The position numbers were made by a program, and so were the translations under genes. A model generated the notes under the pieces. The model was not told where the DNA came from. It did no database searches and worked only from the letters and a program-made list of their open reading frames with translations. This document shows positions 11,022 to 22,875 of a stretch of DNA of 32,000 bases, piece after piece. Position 1 is the stretch's first letter; each line of letters opens with the position of its first letter. The stretch is from Raphidiopsis brookii D9 (lineage in GTDB: Bacteria; Cyanobacteriota; Cyanobacteriia; Cyanobacteriales; Nostocaceae): NCBI GenBank assembly GCA_000175855.1, contig ACYB01000035.1:390001-422000 (forward strand), given 5' to 3'.

Positions 11022-11765
11022 TCAAGTAATGCTTTGAGTTTGAGTAATTGCTAAATAGGCCACCTTAGCTGCTTCTTGTTCAGCTGCTTTGATTGATCTT
11101 CCTTTCCCCTGTCCGAGAATTTTCTCATGTAACCAAACTTGAGCCAAAAAACGTTCATGGGCATTCTGGGATTGATTAACTTCCACGACCCGATATTCCG
11201 GTAACACCTTATATCCCGCTTGGGTCCATTCTTGTAGAGCAGCTTTATAATTTAGCCTGGCTGGATCTAAACGAATTTGCTCTGCTAGTTCCTGAAAATG
11301 AGGATCCAACCAAGGACGAATTAGAATTAAATTCTGGGTACTAAGATAAAGAGCACCTAATAACGCTTCAAATGCGTCTGCTAAACGAGACTCTTGCCCA
11401 ACATTATCCGCTGTGGCACTACCTGCCACCAACAAGTATAATTCTAAATCATACTCCCTGGCCAATCTAGCAAGAATGCGATCGCTGACTAGAACGGAAC
11501 GGATAGCAGCAAAGTCACCCACACAGCAATCAGGATAGCTTTCCCACAGGACAACAGCTGCTACTAAACGAACAACAGCATCACCAACGAATTCTAGCTG
11601 TTCATAATTTGCCGATTCAGAAACAGTAGGATGAGTAAGTGCCAAGTCCAGCAGTGGCCACTTAATAGGACTATTTGCTGATAATCCCAACTTTTGGATT
11701 AAACTTTCAAGTTGCCGTTGACGGCGAGGGTAAACGCGGGACATTAGTAAAAAATAGAAGTACAA
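11022..11765 (-). CDS. rnc: Ribonuclease III
   Basis: LALTHPTVSESANYEQLEFVGDAVVRL catalytic signature, C-terminal dsRBD (YKVLPEYRVVEVNQ...GQGKGRSIKAAEQEAAKVA). An alternative start is MSRVYPRRQRQ at 11744. Confidence 0.93.
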   Translation of the reverse strand: MYFYFLLMSRVYPRRQRQLESLIQKLGLSANSPIKWPLLDLALTHPTVSESANYEQLEFVGDAVVRLVAAVVLWESYPDCCVGDFAAIRSVLVSDRILARLAREYDLELYLLVAGSATADNVGQESRLADAFEALLGALYLSTQNLILIRPWLDPHFQELAEQIRLDPARLNYKAALQEWTQAGYKVLPEYRVVEVNQSQNAHERFLAQVWLHEKILGQGKGRSIKAAEQEAAKVAYLAITQTQSIT

Positions 11766-11773
11766 GTTTTAAA

Positions 11774-12156
11774 GAAGAGAGAGCAGCACATAAGCCGGGT
11801 TCTGTTCTCTTGCGAGGGTAGTTATCTATCTGGGATAGTTGTTACCAACTACCTCAAGCGGCTCTAATTTGCCGAAACTGGTAAAAGACCAACCATAGTT
11901 TCTCTGGCCTTGCTCCCAACCGGGGTTTACCGAGCCAGTACCTCTCGATACTGCTGGTGCGCTCTTACCACACCTTTGCACCCTTACCAACCCTAGAATT
12001 AGTATTCTGAAAAGCTGGCGGTATTTTTCTGTGGCACTTTCCTCACGATCGCTCGTACTGGACGTTATCCAGCAAGTTTGGTCTTTCGGGAGCCCGGACT
12101 TTCCTCAAACCAGTGTTAATCACCAATCTGCAACCACCTACGTCTACTCTCTCTCC
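11774..12156 (-). ncRNA. rnpB: RNase P RNA (bacterial type A)
   Basis: Minus strand contains GAGGAAAGTCCGGGCTCCC (5' conserved region) and ACAGAACCCGGCTTA (3' conserved region). Ends placed by P1 pairing GGAGAGAGAGUAG / CUGCUCUCUCUUC. Confidence 0.95.
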
Positions 12157-12171
12157 TACCAGTTTAACCTT

Positions 12172-12939
12172 TTATCGTCTTTTATTCCAAGGTAGAGCAT
12201 GAGTCCAGGGCAGTTTTTCAATGGTAAAAGGACAGCTTATTATAGACATAGGTGGTATATTTGTACCGGAAGCTAAACCAGTACGCAACTCTGATATTCT
12301 TAATACCAACTGCAGGGAGAATTCTATTTTCTTTTTCCCTTCCATAAACTCCTTGTACCAACCTTGAAGATTTCTCTGTCCCTTGGTTACTGCTATATCA
12401 ACTAATGGTTTGCTAACTTCATATACTCCGCTTTCCCTATTTCGTTTTAAAATATCCTCAGCAGTTACCGTTTCAAACATAGTTTTTTTAGGCGCGATAA
12501 TTGTGGGAACCTGGGGAATGGCTAGGTCTCGGATCATATCTGGAGATTGGCGAATAACACGACGAGATTTTCTACTCTGTTCAAATACCCAGGAACTATT
12601 ATCCCAGTCCACATATACAGCAAAAGTTTCTGACTTGTTTTCAATGCTGATGGGCAATTGTCTTAAATTATCTTTAACTTTTTCTAGGGAATAGGTTCCC
12701 CCTCCACAGGAAATCCCTATTTCGTTGTCTAAGTTTTGTTCCTTTAATTGTTGGGCGACAGATTCTTTCTCAAATTTGAGCATGATCACATCATCAATTG
12801 ATGTGATCATCCGGTTGAAGGTGTAATATAGGCATAGAATATAAACCATCAACAAAATCAGATTTTGATCACCACTTTGCAATCCCATAGAATTATTTAT
12901 CCTCACCAATAAATCAGACTTATTTTTGATTAACTTCAA
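12172..12939 (-). CDS. Conserved hypothetical protein
   Basis: 255 aa ORF just upstream of rnpB, overlapping the corA 3' end by 20 nt; no family recognised, start codon uncertain. Confidence 0.6.
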   Translation of the reverse strand: MKLIKNKSDLLVRINNSMGLQSGDQNLILLMVYILCLYYTFNRMITSIDDVIMLKFEKESVAQQLKEQNLDNEIGISCGGGTYSLEKVKDNLRQLPISIENKSETFAVYVDWDNSSWVFEQSRKSRRVIRQSPDMIRDLAIPQVPTIIAPKKTMFETVTAEDILKRNRESGVYEVSKPLVDIAVTKGQRNLQGWYKEFMEGKKKIEFSLQLVLRISELRTGLASGTNIPPMSIISCPFTIEKLPWTHALPWNKRR

Positions 12940-14092
12940 ATGAATTAGTTAACCAACCTCGACGCCAAAAAAACAACATTAAACTCCCAGCAATCACTGC
13001 CATTAATCCCAGACAAAAGGGATACCCCCAATACCAGTTTAGTTCTGGCATATTATAGGGTGATTTTTCGGTACTAAAATTCATGCCATATACTCCTACA
13101 ACAAATGTCAAGGGGATGAAAATAGATGAAATTACCGTTAGTAGCTTCATAATTTCATTCATTTTGTTACTTACCGCCGACATATAAACATCCATTAAGC
13201 CAGAAACCAATTCTCGGTAATTTTCTACCATATCCAAGACCTGGACTGCGTGATCATAACAATCTCTTAGGTAAATACTTACCTCTTGGCTAATCAAGTG
13301 GCTACCATCACGAATCAGGGAACTAATCGCATCCCTTTGAGGCCAAATTCCTCTTCTTAGGTGTAATAACTCTCGTTTAACTTGATATATTTGCTTTAAA
13401 GTTTCCGATGTAGGATTAGTAATTACTTCTTCCTCCAGCTGGGCAATACGCTCCCCATACAATTCCAATACTGGAAAAAAACCGTCAATAATGGCATCTA
13501 ATAGGGAGTAAGCCAAATAATCACTTTTCTCTCTACGGATAATACCTTTATTCTTATTAATTCTTGCCCTGACATTATCAAAACAATCATGCTCTGATTC
13601 TTCTTGAATGGTTAAAACATAATGGGTTCCTAAGACTAAGCTAACCTGTTCACTATAAAAACTGCGATTATTGGTATTTGGCACAACCATTCGGGCAATT
13701 ATCACCAGTTGTTCTTCATAATCTTCAATCTTGGGGCGTTCTGCCATATTGACCACGTCTTCCAAAATCAACGGGTGTAAATCAAAGGTTTGTCCCAAGC
13801 GATGGATTACATCCAGATTTCCTAAACCTTGGACATCCACCCAAGAAACGGATTGTGTCCGTAGGTAATCACTACATTCTTCTGGATTGATGATTCGCTT
13901 TTCGACTAAATCAGTTGGGTTGTAATCCATTAAAACAATTTGTGGTTGTTGGGCATCCTCATGAATGATAATTGTCCCTGGAATAGTGCCTGGTTGATGA
14001 TAATATTCCTGAGTAAAGGATTTACCAGCTTTTGCACTATCTATAACTCGATTACTCCTGTTATTCCCAGAGCGAGCGTGTTTCTTATTCAT
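12920..14092 (-). CDS. corA: CorA-family magnesium/cobalt transporter
   Basis: C-terminal YGMNF motif followed by two transmembrane helices (ISSIFIPLTFVVGVYGMNF ... YPFCLGLMAVIAGSLMLFFWRRGWL). Confidence 0.93.
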   Translation of the reverse strand: MNKKHARSGNNRSNRVIDSAKAGKSFTQEYYHQPGTIPGTIIIHEDAQQPQIVLMDYNPTDLVEKRIINPEECSDYLRTQSVSWVDVQGLGNLDVIHRLGQTFDLHPLILEDVVNMAERPKIEDYEEQLVIIARMVVPNTNNRSFYSEQVSLVLGTHYVLTIQEESEHDCFDNVRARINKNKGIIRREKSDYLAYSLLDAIIDGFFPVLELYGERIAQLEEEVITNPTSETLKQIYQVKRELLHLRRGIWPQRDAISSLIRDGSHLISQEVSIYLRDCYDHAVQVLDMVENYRELVSGLMDVYMSAVSNKMNEIMKLLTVISSIFIPLTFVVGVYGMNFSTEKSPYNMPELNWYWGYPFCLGLMAVIAGSLMLFFWRRGWLTNSFEVNQK

Positions 14093-14138
14093 CGGAATTT
14101 CACCTAATTTTTAGTGACACGTGGTGAAAAAATAAAAA

Positions 14139-14164
14139 AGTTTGTCTTATAAAAAAGACAAACT
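14139..14164 (-). terminator. Rho-independent-like terminator of groEL
   Basis: Perfect 10-bp stem AGTTTGTCTT / AAGACAAACT with 6-nt loop, followed on the minus strand by TTTTTATTTTTT. Confidence 0.85.
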
Positions 14165-14193
14165 ATAAAAAATTTTACCTTAAAAGGCGGCAA

Positions 14194-15951
<1,758 letters not shown>

Positions 15952-16126
15952 TCAATTTAACAAATAGTCAACAAAAATGGCTGTAGATGTCGGAGGCAAG
16001 CCAGAACGCCTACCTGGCAACCACTCTGTATAGATCAAGTTTTTTCTAGAGGTTTTGGCTAAAGCTATACTATTACAGTTGCTAGTTGGTACTGGTCTGG
16101 CAAACTAATGTTTATGGTTATGGATA

Positions 16127-17209
16127 ATGAATATAGACAACTCCCTTAAGGCTCTTGGTATTGCTAACCCTAGCGGTACAGGCTGGTTAGCAGTGGTATT
16201 TACTTTTATTTTGGCTTGGCTCATCACTTGGAGTTCAATTCCCACTGTTCGTCAATTTGCCCTCCGGGTGGGTTGGGCTGACCAACCCAATGCCCGACGA
16301 CTCAATCGCGAACCTTTACCCAATGCGGGAGGACTGGCTATCTATGCCGGCGTAATTGCTGCTGTGGTCTTTGCCAGTCTTTTCCGACCGATCGAACTCC
16401 AGGGGGTTTTAGCCCAGGTCCTCACAATTCTTTTGGGTGGATCTATTCTTGTTTTGGTTGGGTTTATAGACGACCAGTTTGGTCTGCCTCCATTTATTCG
16501 GTTATGGACACAAATTATTACTGCCTTGTTATTGGTGGCTAATGGTATGAGTATCAAGGTCATGTTTGGTACTCCTATTGATTCCTTTCTGTCTATAGCT
16601 CTCACTGTTTTATGGATTGTTGGCATTACCAATGCCGTTAATCTTATGGACGGTATGGATGGTTTAGCTGGTGGTATTAGTTTTATTACTGCCATGAGTT
16701 TGTTGGGAGTTTCTGCCCAGTTTGATAATCGGGCCGCAGCAACTCTGGTATTGGCTGCACTTTCGGGGGCAGCTCTTGGCTTTTTACGCCACAACTTTTA
16801 CCCCTCCCGGATTATTATGGGTGATGCTGGAGCCTATTTCTTTGGTTATGTGCTGGCTGCTACGAGCATATTGGGTAAATTACAGGAAAGTACCATTTAT
16901 TCTCTTATACCAACGGTTTTGTTTTTGATGTTGCCAGTTTTAGATACTACTCAGGTTTTTATTAAACGCCTCTTAGCAGGAAAAAACCCTCTCAGCACTC
17001 CCGGTAAGGATCATTTACATCATCGTCTATTGGCTTGGGGTTTTTCTCAACGACGCGCCGGCTTGATATTATGGTCATTAACCTTGTTCTTTAATGTTTT
17101 GGCTATGTCTATACAAGACATGGCTTTACCTGTAATTTTTGCTTCCGCATCTGCTGTTATTTTACTTATGTCTGCCACCTTACTACCACGGATTCATAGT
17201 AACTCTTAG
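16127..17209 (+). CDS. Glycosyltransferase family 4 / polyprenyl-phosphate N-acetylhexosamine-1-phosphate transferase (WecA/TagO-like)
   Basis: Multi-pass membrane protein with GGLAIYAG, ITNAVNLMDGMDGLAGGIS, GDAGAYFFG and GKDHLHHRLL motifs. Confidence 0.9.
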   Translation: MNIDNSLKALGIANPSGTGWLAVVFTFILAWLITWSSIPTVRQFALRVGWADQPNARRLNREPLPNAGGLAIYAGVIAAVVFASLFRPIELQGVLAQVLTILLGGSILVLVGFIDDQFGLPPFIRLWTQIITALLLVANGMSIKVMFGTPIDSFLSIALTVLWIVGITNAVNLMDGMDGLAGGISFITAMSLLGVSAQFDNRAAATLVLAALSGAALGFLRHNFYPSRIIMGDAGAYFFGYVLAATSILGKLQESTIYSLIPTVLFLMLPVLDTTQVFIKRLLAGKNPLSTPGKDHLHHRLLAWGFSQRRAGLILWSLTLFFNVLAMSIQDMALPVIFASASAVILLMSATLLPRIHSNS

Positions 17210-17274
17210 TTGGTTATTTATGGATAATTCTACTCAATTTGGGCTTGCCATGACGCAGGCCCTATCCCCGAATT

Positions 17275-18057
<783 letters not shown>

Positions 18058-18091
18058 TTAAGTAGGGGTTCTGTCCACAGCTATAATAATA

Positions 18092-18271
18092 TTAACCAAG
18101 TTCAGCAACCTTTTTGGCTAGCCTTGTTTGCCTTTGATGTTGCCCAGGAACTTTTTCTGTGCGAGACAAGCTCCCGGTGCTTCGTTTAGCCAGTGCTAAC
18201 AACAAATAGACAATTAACAGGTATCCGGAAGCTAAAATAAATATCATCATAGGCACGTTCTCATAATTCAT
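18092..18271 (-). CDS. Small single-span membrane protein (59 aa)
   Basis: Below ORF-track length. My translation: MNYENVPMMIFILASGYLLIVYLLLALAKRSTGSLSRTEKVPGQHQRQTRLAKKVAELG; TM segment followed by a basic tail. Confidence 0.5.
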   Translation of the reverse strand: MNYENVPMMIFILASGYLLIVYLLLALAKRSTGSLSRTEKVPGQHQRQTRLAKKVAELG

Positions 18272-18980
18272 TTTTAAACCATTCCAATCCCCGAAAAAAC
18301 ATCAAGCTATAACCTCTGCTCCTCTACTAGCAATCAAATATTTTCTTGGTTATTTGGTAGCAAAAAACATCCCAGTCTTAGTTAATTTTACTTGAGGCAT
18401 ATCTCACCTTAACTTTTAGTAAAGACTATAATAGCAACTACCACTAGCTAAGGAACCTAGTAGCCCTTTTAAGCCGAAACCATGCTATCTAAGTGGGAAA
18501 AGTACCTTCCCACGTCAAAATAGTCGGAATAAACTTCCTGATTTCGCGGACAACAAATTATTTTCTACTCACATGCACCATGAGCAAAATTACCTACTGA
18601 CGAGGAATTTTCGCTCGGGAGTGAATATCTCAAAAATTTAAAATTTCTAAGTTTTAGTCTAACATGAGGAAATAAAATTTGTGCAAAATTTTGAGTTTAT
18701 TTTTTGGTTATGGATATAGCCACCTGCAGGTGAGTGAAGACGATTGTATATAAATAAACAAGTTTACAAATTAACAATAAATTTTAAATATAGTTAAGCA
18801 GGTTTTACTTTATCACATTCTATTTTTAAAGAGGATAAATGGTAAACTAGGATACAAAAACCTCGAAAAGTAACAATTGTGGTCAACTATTAAGGGATAA
18901 CTTTGCGGCCTTGATGGTTTATCTTAAAATGAGTAAAGAATATGTAAACTTTCGTAACTAAAGTCAGAGTCCGCCCATCC

Positions 18981-19952
18981 ATGACCCCAGCCACCTTCCT
19001 GTTTACCCCTGTGGAAGCAGACCTGCGAATACTAGCAGATAACCTGACACAGCTAGTTGGAAATCGCCACCCCATTCTCTATGCAGCAGCTGAACATTTA
19101 TTCGGTGCTGGGGGTAAGCGTATCAGACCAGCCATTGTTTTATTAATATCCCGGGCTACAACGCTAGAAGAAGACATCTCCCTAGGTCACAGAAGATTAG
19201 CCGAAATTACAGAGATGATTCATACAGCTAGTTTAGTTCATGATGACGTAGTGGATGAATCAGATATACGTAGAGGAGTGCCTACGGTTCATAGTTTGTT
19301 TGGCAATCGCATTGCAGTGTTAGCTGGAGATTTTCTATTTGCCCAATCTTCCTGGTACTTGGCCAATCTAGATAACCTAGAGGTAGTGAAACTGCTTTCA
19401 GAAGTAATCATGGATTTAGCAGCTGGAGAGATTCAGCAAGGGTTAAATCGTTTTGATACTAGTCTGTCAACAGAAACTTACCTAAAAAAGAGTTATTACA
19501 AAACGGCTTCATTGATTGCCAACAGTGCTAAGTCCGCTGGAATTTTGAGTAACGTATCTCCACAAAGTGCTAACAACCTATATAACTACGGCAAGGATCT
19601 AGGTTTAGCCTTTCAAATAGTAGATGATATTTTAGATTTCACTGGTTCTATGGATACTTTGGGTAAACCAGCTGCATCGGATCTCAAAAGTGGTAATCTA
19701 ACTGCACCGGTTTTATTTGCCCTGGAGGAGCAACCATGTCTGGAAGTACTAATTGAAAGAGAGTTTGCTCAAGAGGGGGATTTAGAACAAGCTGTGAAGT
19801 TGATTTCTGATAGTCAAGGGATACCCAGAGCTAGAGAACTGGCGGCCCACCACGCCAAGCTAGCGAGGCAACACATTGCCGACCTGGAAGCATCTGAATC
19901 AAAGCAAGCATTAATTAACATGACAGATTACGTACTAAGTCGTCTATACTAA
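18981..19952 (+). CDS. sds: Long-chain polyprenyl (solanesyl-type) diphosphate synthase
   Basis: GAGGKRIRPAIVLL, SLVHDDVVDESDIRRG (DDxxD) and FQIVDDILDF (second DDxxD). Confidence 0.92.
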   Translation: MTPATFLFTPVEADLRILADNLTQLVGNRHPILYAAAEHLFGAGGKRIRPAIVLLISRATTLEEDISLGHRRLAEITEMIHTASLVHDDVVDESDIRRGVPTVHSLFGNRIAVLAGDFLFAQSSWYLANLDNLEVVKLLSEVIMDLAAGEIQQGLNRFDTSLSTETYLKKSYYKTASLIANSAKSAGILSNVSPQSANNLYNYGKDLGLAFQIVDDILDFTGSMDTLGKPAASDLKSGNLTAPVLFALEEQPCLEVLIEREFAQEGDLEQAVKLISDSQGIPRARELAAHHAKLARQHIADLEASESKQALINMTDYVLSRLY

Positions 19953-19971
19953 GCAATTTTGAATTTTAGCT

Positions 19972-20030
19972 GAGAGACTGGGATTCCCCGTTCTGCCACA
20001 TGTGCGAGCTAGAACGCCTACCCAGCTCTC
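19972..20030 (+). terminator. Candidate hairpin terminator downstream of sds
   Basis: GAGAG(A)CTGGG pairs with CCCAGCTCTC (one bulged A, long loop), followed by AATTTTATTATT. An inner alternative stem is GAGCT/AGCTC. Confidence 0.45.
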
Positions 20031-20044
20031 AATTTTATTATTGC

Positions 20045-20524
20045 TCAGGCTATGTTTGGTGGGGGAACTTGCCCAGTGGGTAAGTGTCGTTGTAGGGTCT
20101 GTTGAATCATATTTTCTAGATCTGCACGCCTTACTTCAACAGCGTTGTTGTTAGTTCCAGGGGTTTCCATAAAAACTATGCTATCCACTGGTGTTATTGC
20201 CAACAGTTGAAATAAAATATCAATTATGGGTATGGGTTTAGCCACTAAATGGGGATTAATTCCTGCATGTGAGGAGCGAATGGCATCATTTAGTTTAGGA
20301 AAGGCATAAATTACCTGCTTTTCTAATTCTGGATTGGATCTGTTGCACAATGTAGTTGAAACCCAAGATCCCTCAGAATTTTGAAGGATGTAGTATCGGG
20401 GGTGTCTAAGATTTCCCGCAGCTACCCTCAAGACTGGCGCGATGGTTGCCACAAGTTTTGGTGTCATGCCATCTTTCGGCGCATTCTTAATCAATAATTG
20501 AATTTGTTTTTCTAAATTTGTCAT
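20045..20524 (-). CDS. Conserved hypothetical protein
   Basis: 159 aa ORF convergent with sds and divergent from hetZ; no family recognised. Confidence 0.7.
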   Translation of the reverse strand: MTNLEKQIQLLIKNAPKDGMTPKLVATIAPVLRVAAGNLRHPRYYILQNSEGSWVSTTLCNRSNPELEKQVIYAFPKLNDAIRSSHAGINPHLVAKPIPIIDILFQLLAITPVDSIVFMETPGTNNNAVEVRRADLENMIQQTLQRHLPTGQVPPPNIA

Positions 20525-20631
20525 AACTTGTTCAATATTGCTAACACTATATCTAAAATGATAGCGGAGGGAGCGGGAAAAATAACAGAGGATGAGTGAT
20601 TACTTAAAGCTATATTTTTAAACTTGGGAGT

Positions 20632-21828
20632 ATGAATTCAACAGCAAGATTAATCAATAAAGGGGATAGATCAATTGGGGTGGAGGTGATAGAAGTAATT
20701 TTTGAATTTCTTCTGGGGGAACTCCAGCAGTGCACCAAATCGACAGAAAAAAACTGTCGCAATATAGCAGTGCGAATTGCCAATGAAGTAATGAGAATTT
20801 GCAACGAAAGCAAACGCATTCAATCTTTCGGGGAAATAGAAAGCCCCGCCACTACCTTGGCCCGATATAGACTGCAACAGTGCTTGCGGTATTACCAACT
20901 AGGGTCTCATAGAGGTAGGGTAGAACTACAAAGTACCCTAAGTTCAATTGTATATAGATATATTAATCTACCCCAAAGGCAATTGAGCCATCAAGGGAGA
21001 ATGATTGCTATAGAGGACTTCCTGCAAAGTTTTTATTTGGAGTCTTTAAATGCCTTTCGCCGTGAGAATCAGCTACCACCTGACTATCGTCCTCAAACCC
21101 TCCTGGAGTTAGCAGAATATATGGCATTTACCGAACGGTATGCCAAACGCCGGATTCCATTACCCGGACGCCAGCAACAATTGATAATTTTAAGGGCACA
21201 GACCTTCTCCCAACAGCAACCGCTAGAAACTAGTGTTGATATTGAACAAGCTACCCAACCAAGTGGTGGTGAGTCTGATCGTTCGTGGGACGAACCTATA
21301 TTAACTGAATTGCGATCTGCTATGGCTATACAACGAGAGCCAGAAATTGAAGAGGGTAGTTTGCGCTCTGTGGTGATTACTGAATTAATGAATTATTTAG
21401 AGCAAAAACAGCAATTAGACTGTGCGGAGTATTTTTCATTGCGACTTCAGGACTTTTCAGCCCAGGAGATTGAATCAGTTTTGGGACTGACTCCACGTCA
21501 ACGAGATTACTTACAGCAACGATTCAAGTATCATCTAATGCGATTTTCTCTTTTGCATCGCTGGGAATTAGTACATGAATGGCTAGAAGCGTCACTACTA
21601 ACCAACTTAGGTCTAACACCCCATGAATGGGAATTATATATGCGGAGTTTAGATGAAAAGGATAGATATTTATTAGATTTAAAACATCAAGGAGGGTCTG
21701 ACCAAACAATAGCTAAAAACCTGGGATTATCTGTGGCCCAGCTGCAAAAACGGTGGTTCAAAATTTTAGAAAAAGCATGGGAAATTCGCAATTCATTTTC
21801 CGGATCCAGTCTATCTACTTATGAATAA
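20632..21828 (+). CDS. hetZ: Heterocyst differentiation protein HetZ
   Basis: Strong recall similarity to Anabaena HetZ: STLSSIVYRYINLPQRQLS, YMAFTERYAKRRIPLPGRQQQLIILRAQTFSQQQP, LGLTPRQRDYLQQRFKYHLMRFSLLHRWELVHEWLEA. Confidence 0.92.
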   Translation: MNSTARLINKGDRSIGVEVIEVIFEFLLGELQQCTKSTEKNCRNIAVRIANEVMRICNESKRIQSFGEIESPATTLARYRLQQCLRYYQLGSHRGRVELQSTLSSIVYRYINLPQRQLSHQGRMIAIEDFLQSFYLESLNAFRRENQLPPDYRPQTLLELAEYMAFTERYAKRRIPLPGRQQQLIILRAQTFSQQQPLETSVDIEQATQPSGGESDRSWDEPILTELRSAMAIQREPEIEEGSLRSVVITELMNYLEQKQQLDCAEYFSLRLQDFSAQEIESVLGLTPRQRDYLQQRFKYHLMRFSLLHRWELVHEWLEASLLTNLGLTPHEWELYMRSLDEKDRYLLDLKHQGGSDQTIAKNLGLSVAQLQKRWFKILEKAWEIRNSFSGSSLSTYE

Positions 21829-22021
21829 GGACTTACAACCCATATAATACTGGTATCAAAGTCACTTTTTGGCAAATTTTGTCAAAGCGGCAAGAATCTC
21901 TCAGTGGAGTGTGGGAGAATTTATTGGGTAGAAGACCCCTGTGAAAAAGTTCCTACTTAGTAAAGTAGTAATCCATCATTAGGGGAAAAACCAACCTTTT
22001 CAATTAGGAGAAATTCCTACT

Positions 22022-22798
22022 GTGCAAGAACGTTTTCAAGTCGTCCTCAAGCGGCGATTACAAATCGAAATCCAAAACCGCCCACCTTTATTTCCTTGGG
22101 AAAGTCAATTAGCAGAGTATCCAGAAGTTGTCGAAGATCCCGGGATTGCTTTAATTCCCACCTGGGGGTGGTTGGCACAGCAATCTCAACTCAGTTTACC
22201 AATTCCCTTACCGGACAAGGTTTTTCAGCACTTGGTAGACAGGTGTCAATCACTAGTGACATCTTGTGTTCCATTGGGTCCTAAATTGATGCAGGCAGTG
22301 GCAGATATCTTTCCAGATGAGGATCAGTTAATTAGCGATCTAGCTGGATTAGTACTCAGAAGCTCCTATAGATCTGTAAGCACCTTAGAAACTCTACCTA
22401 GTATTGACAAAGACTATTCTAAATTGCAACCCCGCCAACAAGTGGCTTTGTCGCTCATAGCTGCTAAACAATTGTTGGAAAGTCTAACTTTATCCATTTC
22501 TCTTTCCAACCCAGTATTAGAACAACAGTGGCAAAGTTACGGCGGTACTCTAACTATTCAAGCACAACTCCTTTCCCTGGGTGCCACAATGAAGTTATGT
22601 GTTTATGGCCAGTTACCAACTCCAGGAACTTTCACAATTCAGGGAAATGGCACATCGGTAACTGTTTTCTCTAAGGAAGGTCACAAGGCTAGTTTAGAAT
22701 TAAACTGTCCCCGTGCCAACCAAACTTATGTCCTGGCAGTTGAATTTCCACAGGTGGAAACTCAGCCTTTGTTACTAGCAATTAATGTGACCGTATAG
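22022..22798 (+). CDS. patU3: PatU3-like protein (heterocyst patterning)
   Basis: Position directly after hetZ and C-terminal region resembling PatU3; GTG start with AGGAG upstream. Confidence 0.75.
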   Translation: MQERFQVVLKRRLQIEIQNRPPLFPWESQLAEYPEVVEDPGIALIPTWGWLAQQSQLSLPIPLPDKVFQHLVDRCQSLVTSCVPLGPKLMQAVADIFPDEDQLISDLAGLVLRSSYRSVSTLETLPSIDKDYSKLQPRQQVALSLIAAKQLLESLTLSISLSNPVLEQQWQSYGGTLTIQAQLLSLGATMKLCVYGQLPTPGTFTIQGNGTSVTVFSKEGHKASLELNCPRANQTYVLAVEFPQVETQPLLLAINVTV

Positions 22799-22815
22799 TT
22801 TGAGAGTATTTACTT

Positions 22816-22846
22816 AGCTTCCCCGGCTGAGAAAAACGGGGAAGCT
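22816..22846. terminator. Bidirectional hairpin terminator between patU3 and pgk
   Basis: Perfect 10-bp stem AGCTTCCCCG / CGGGGAAGCT, 11-nt loop, located between convergent genes. Confidence 0.7.
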
Positions 22847-22875
22847 TAAACCTAATTAGTTAGCTAAGCTGATAA

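Noticed and set aside
12383-12694. 103 aa plus-strand ORF antisense to the 12172..12939 ORF
   Set aside because: No family features. I prefer the longer minus-strand frame, though neither is confirmed by homology.
16342-16928. ORFs overlapping the WecA/TagO-like gene (16342..16794 minus, 16722..16928 plus)
   Set aside because: Overlap a strongly supported membrane transferase; no independent support.
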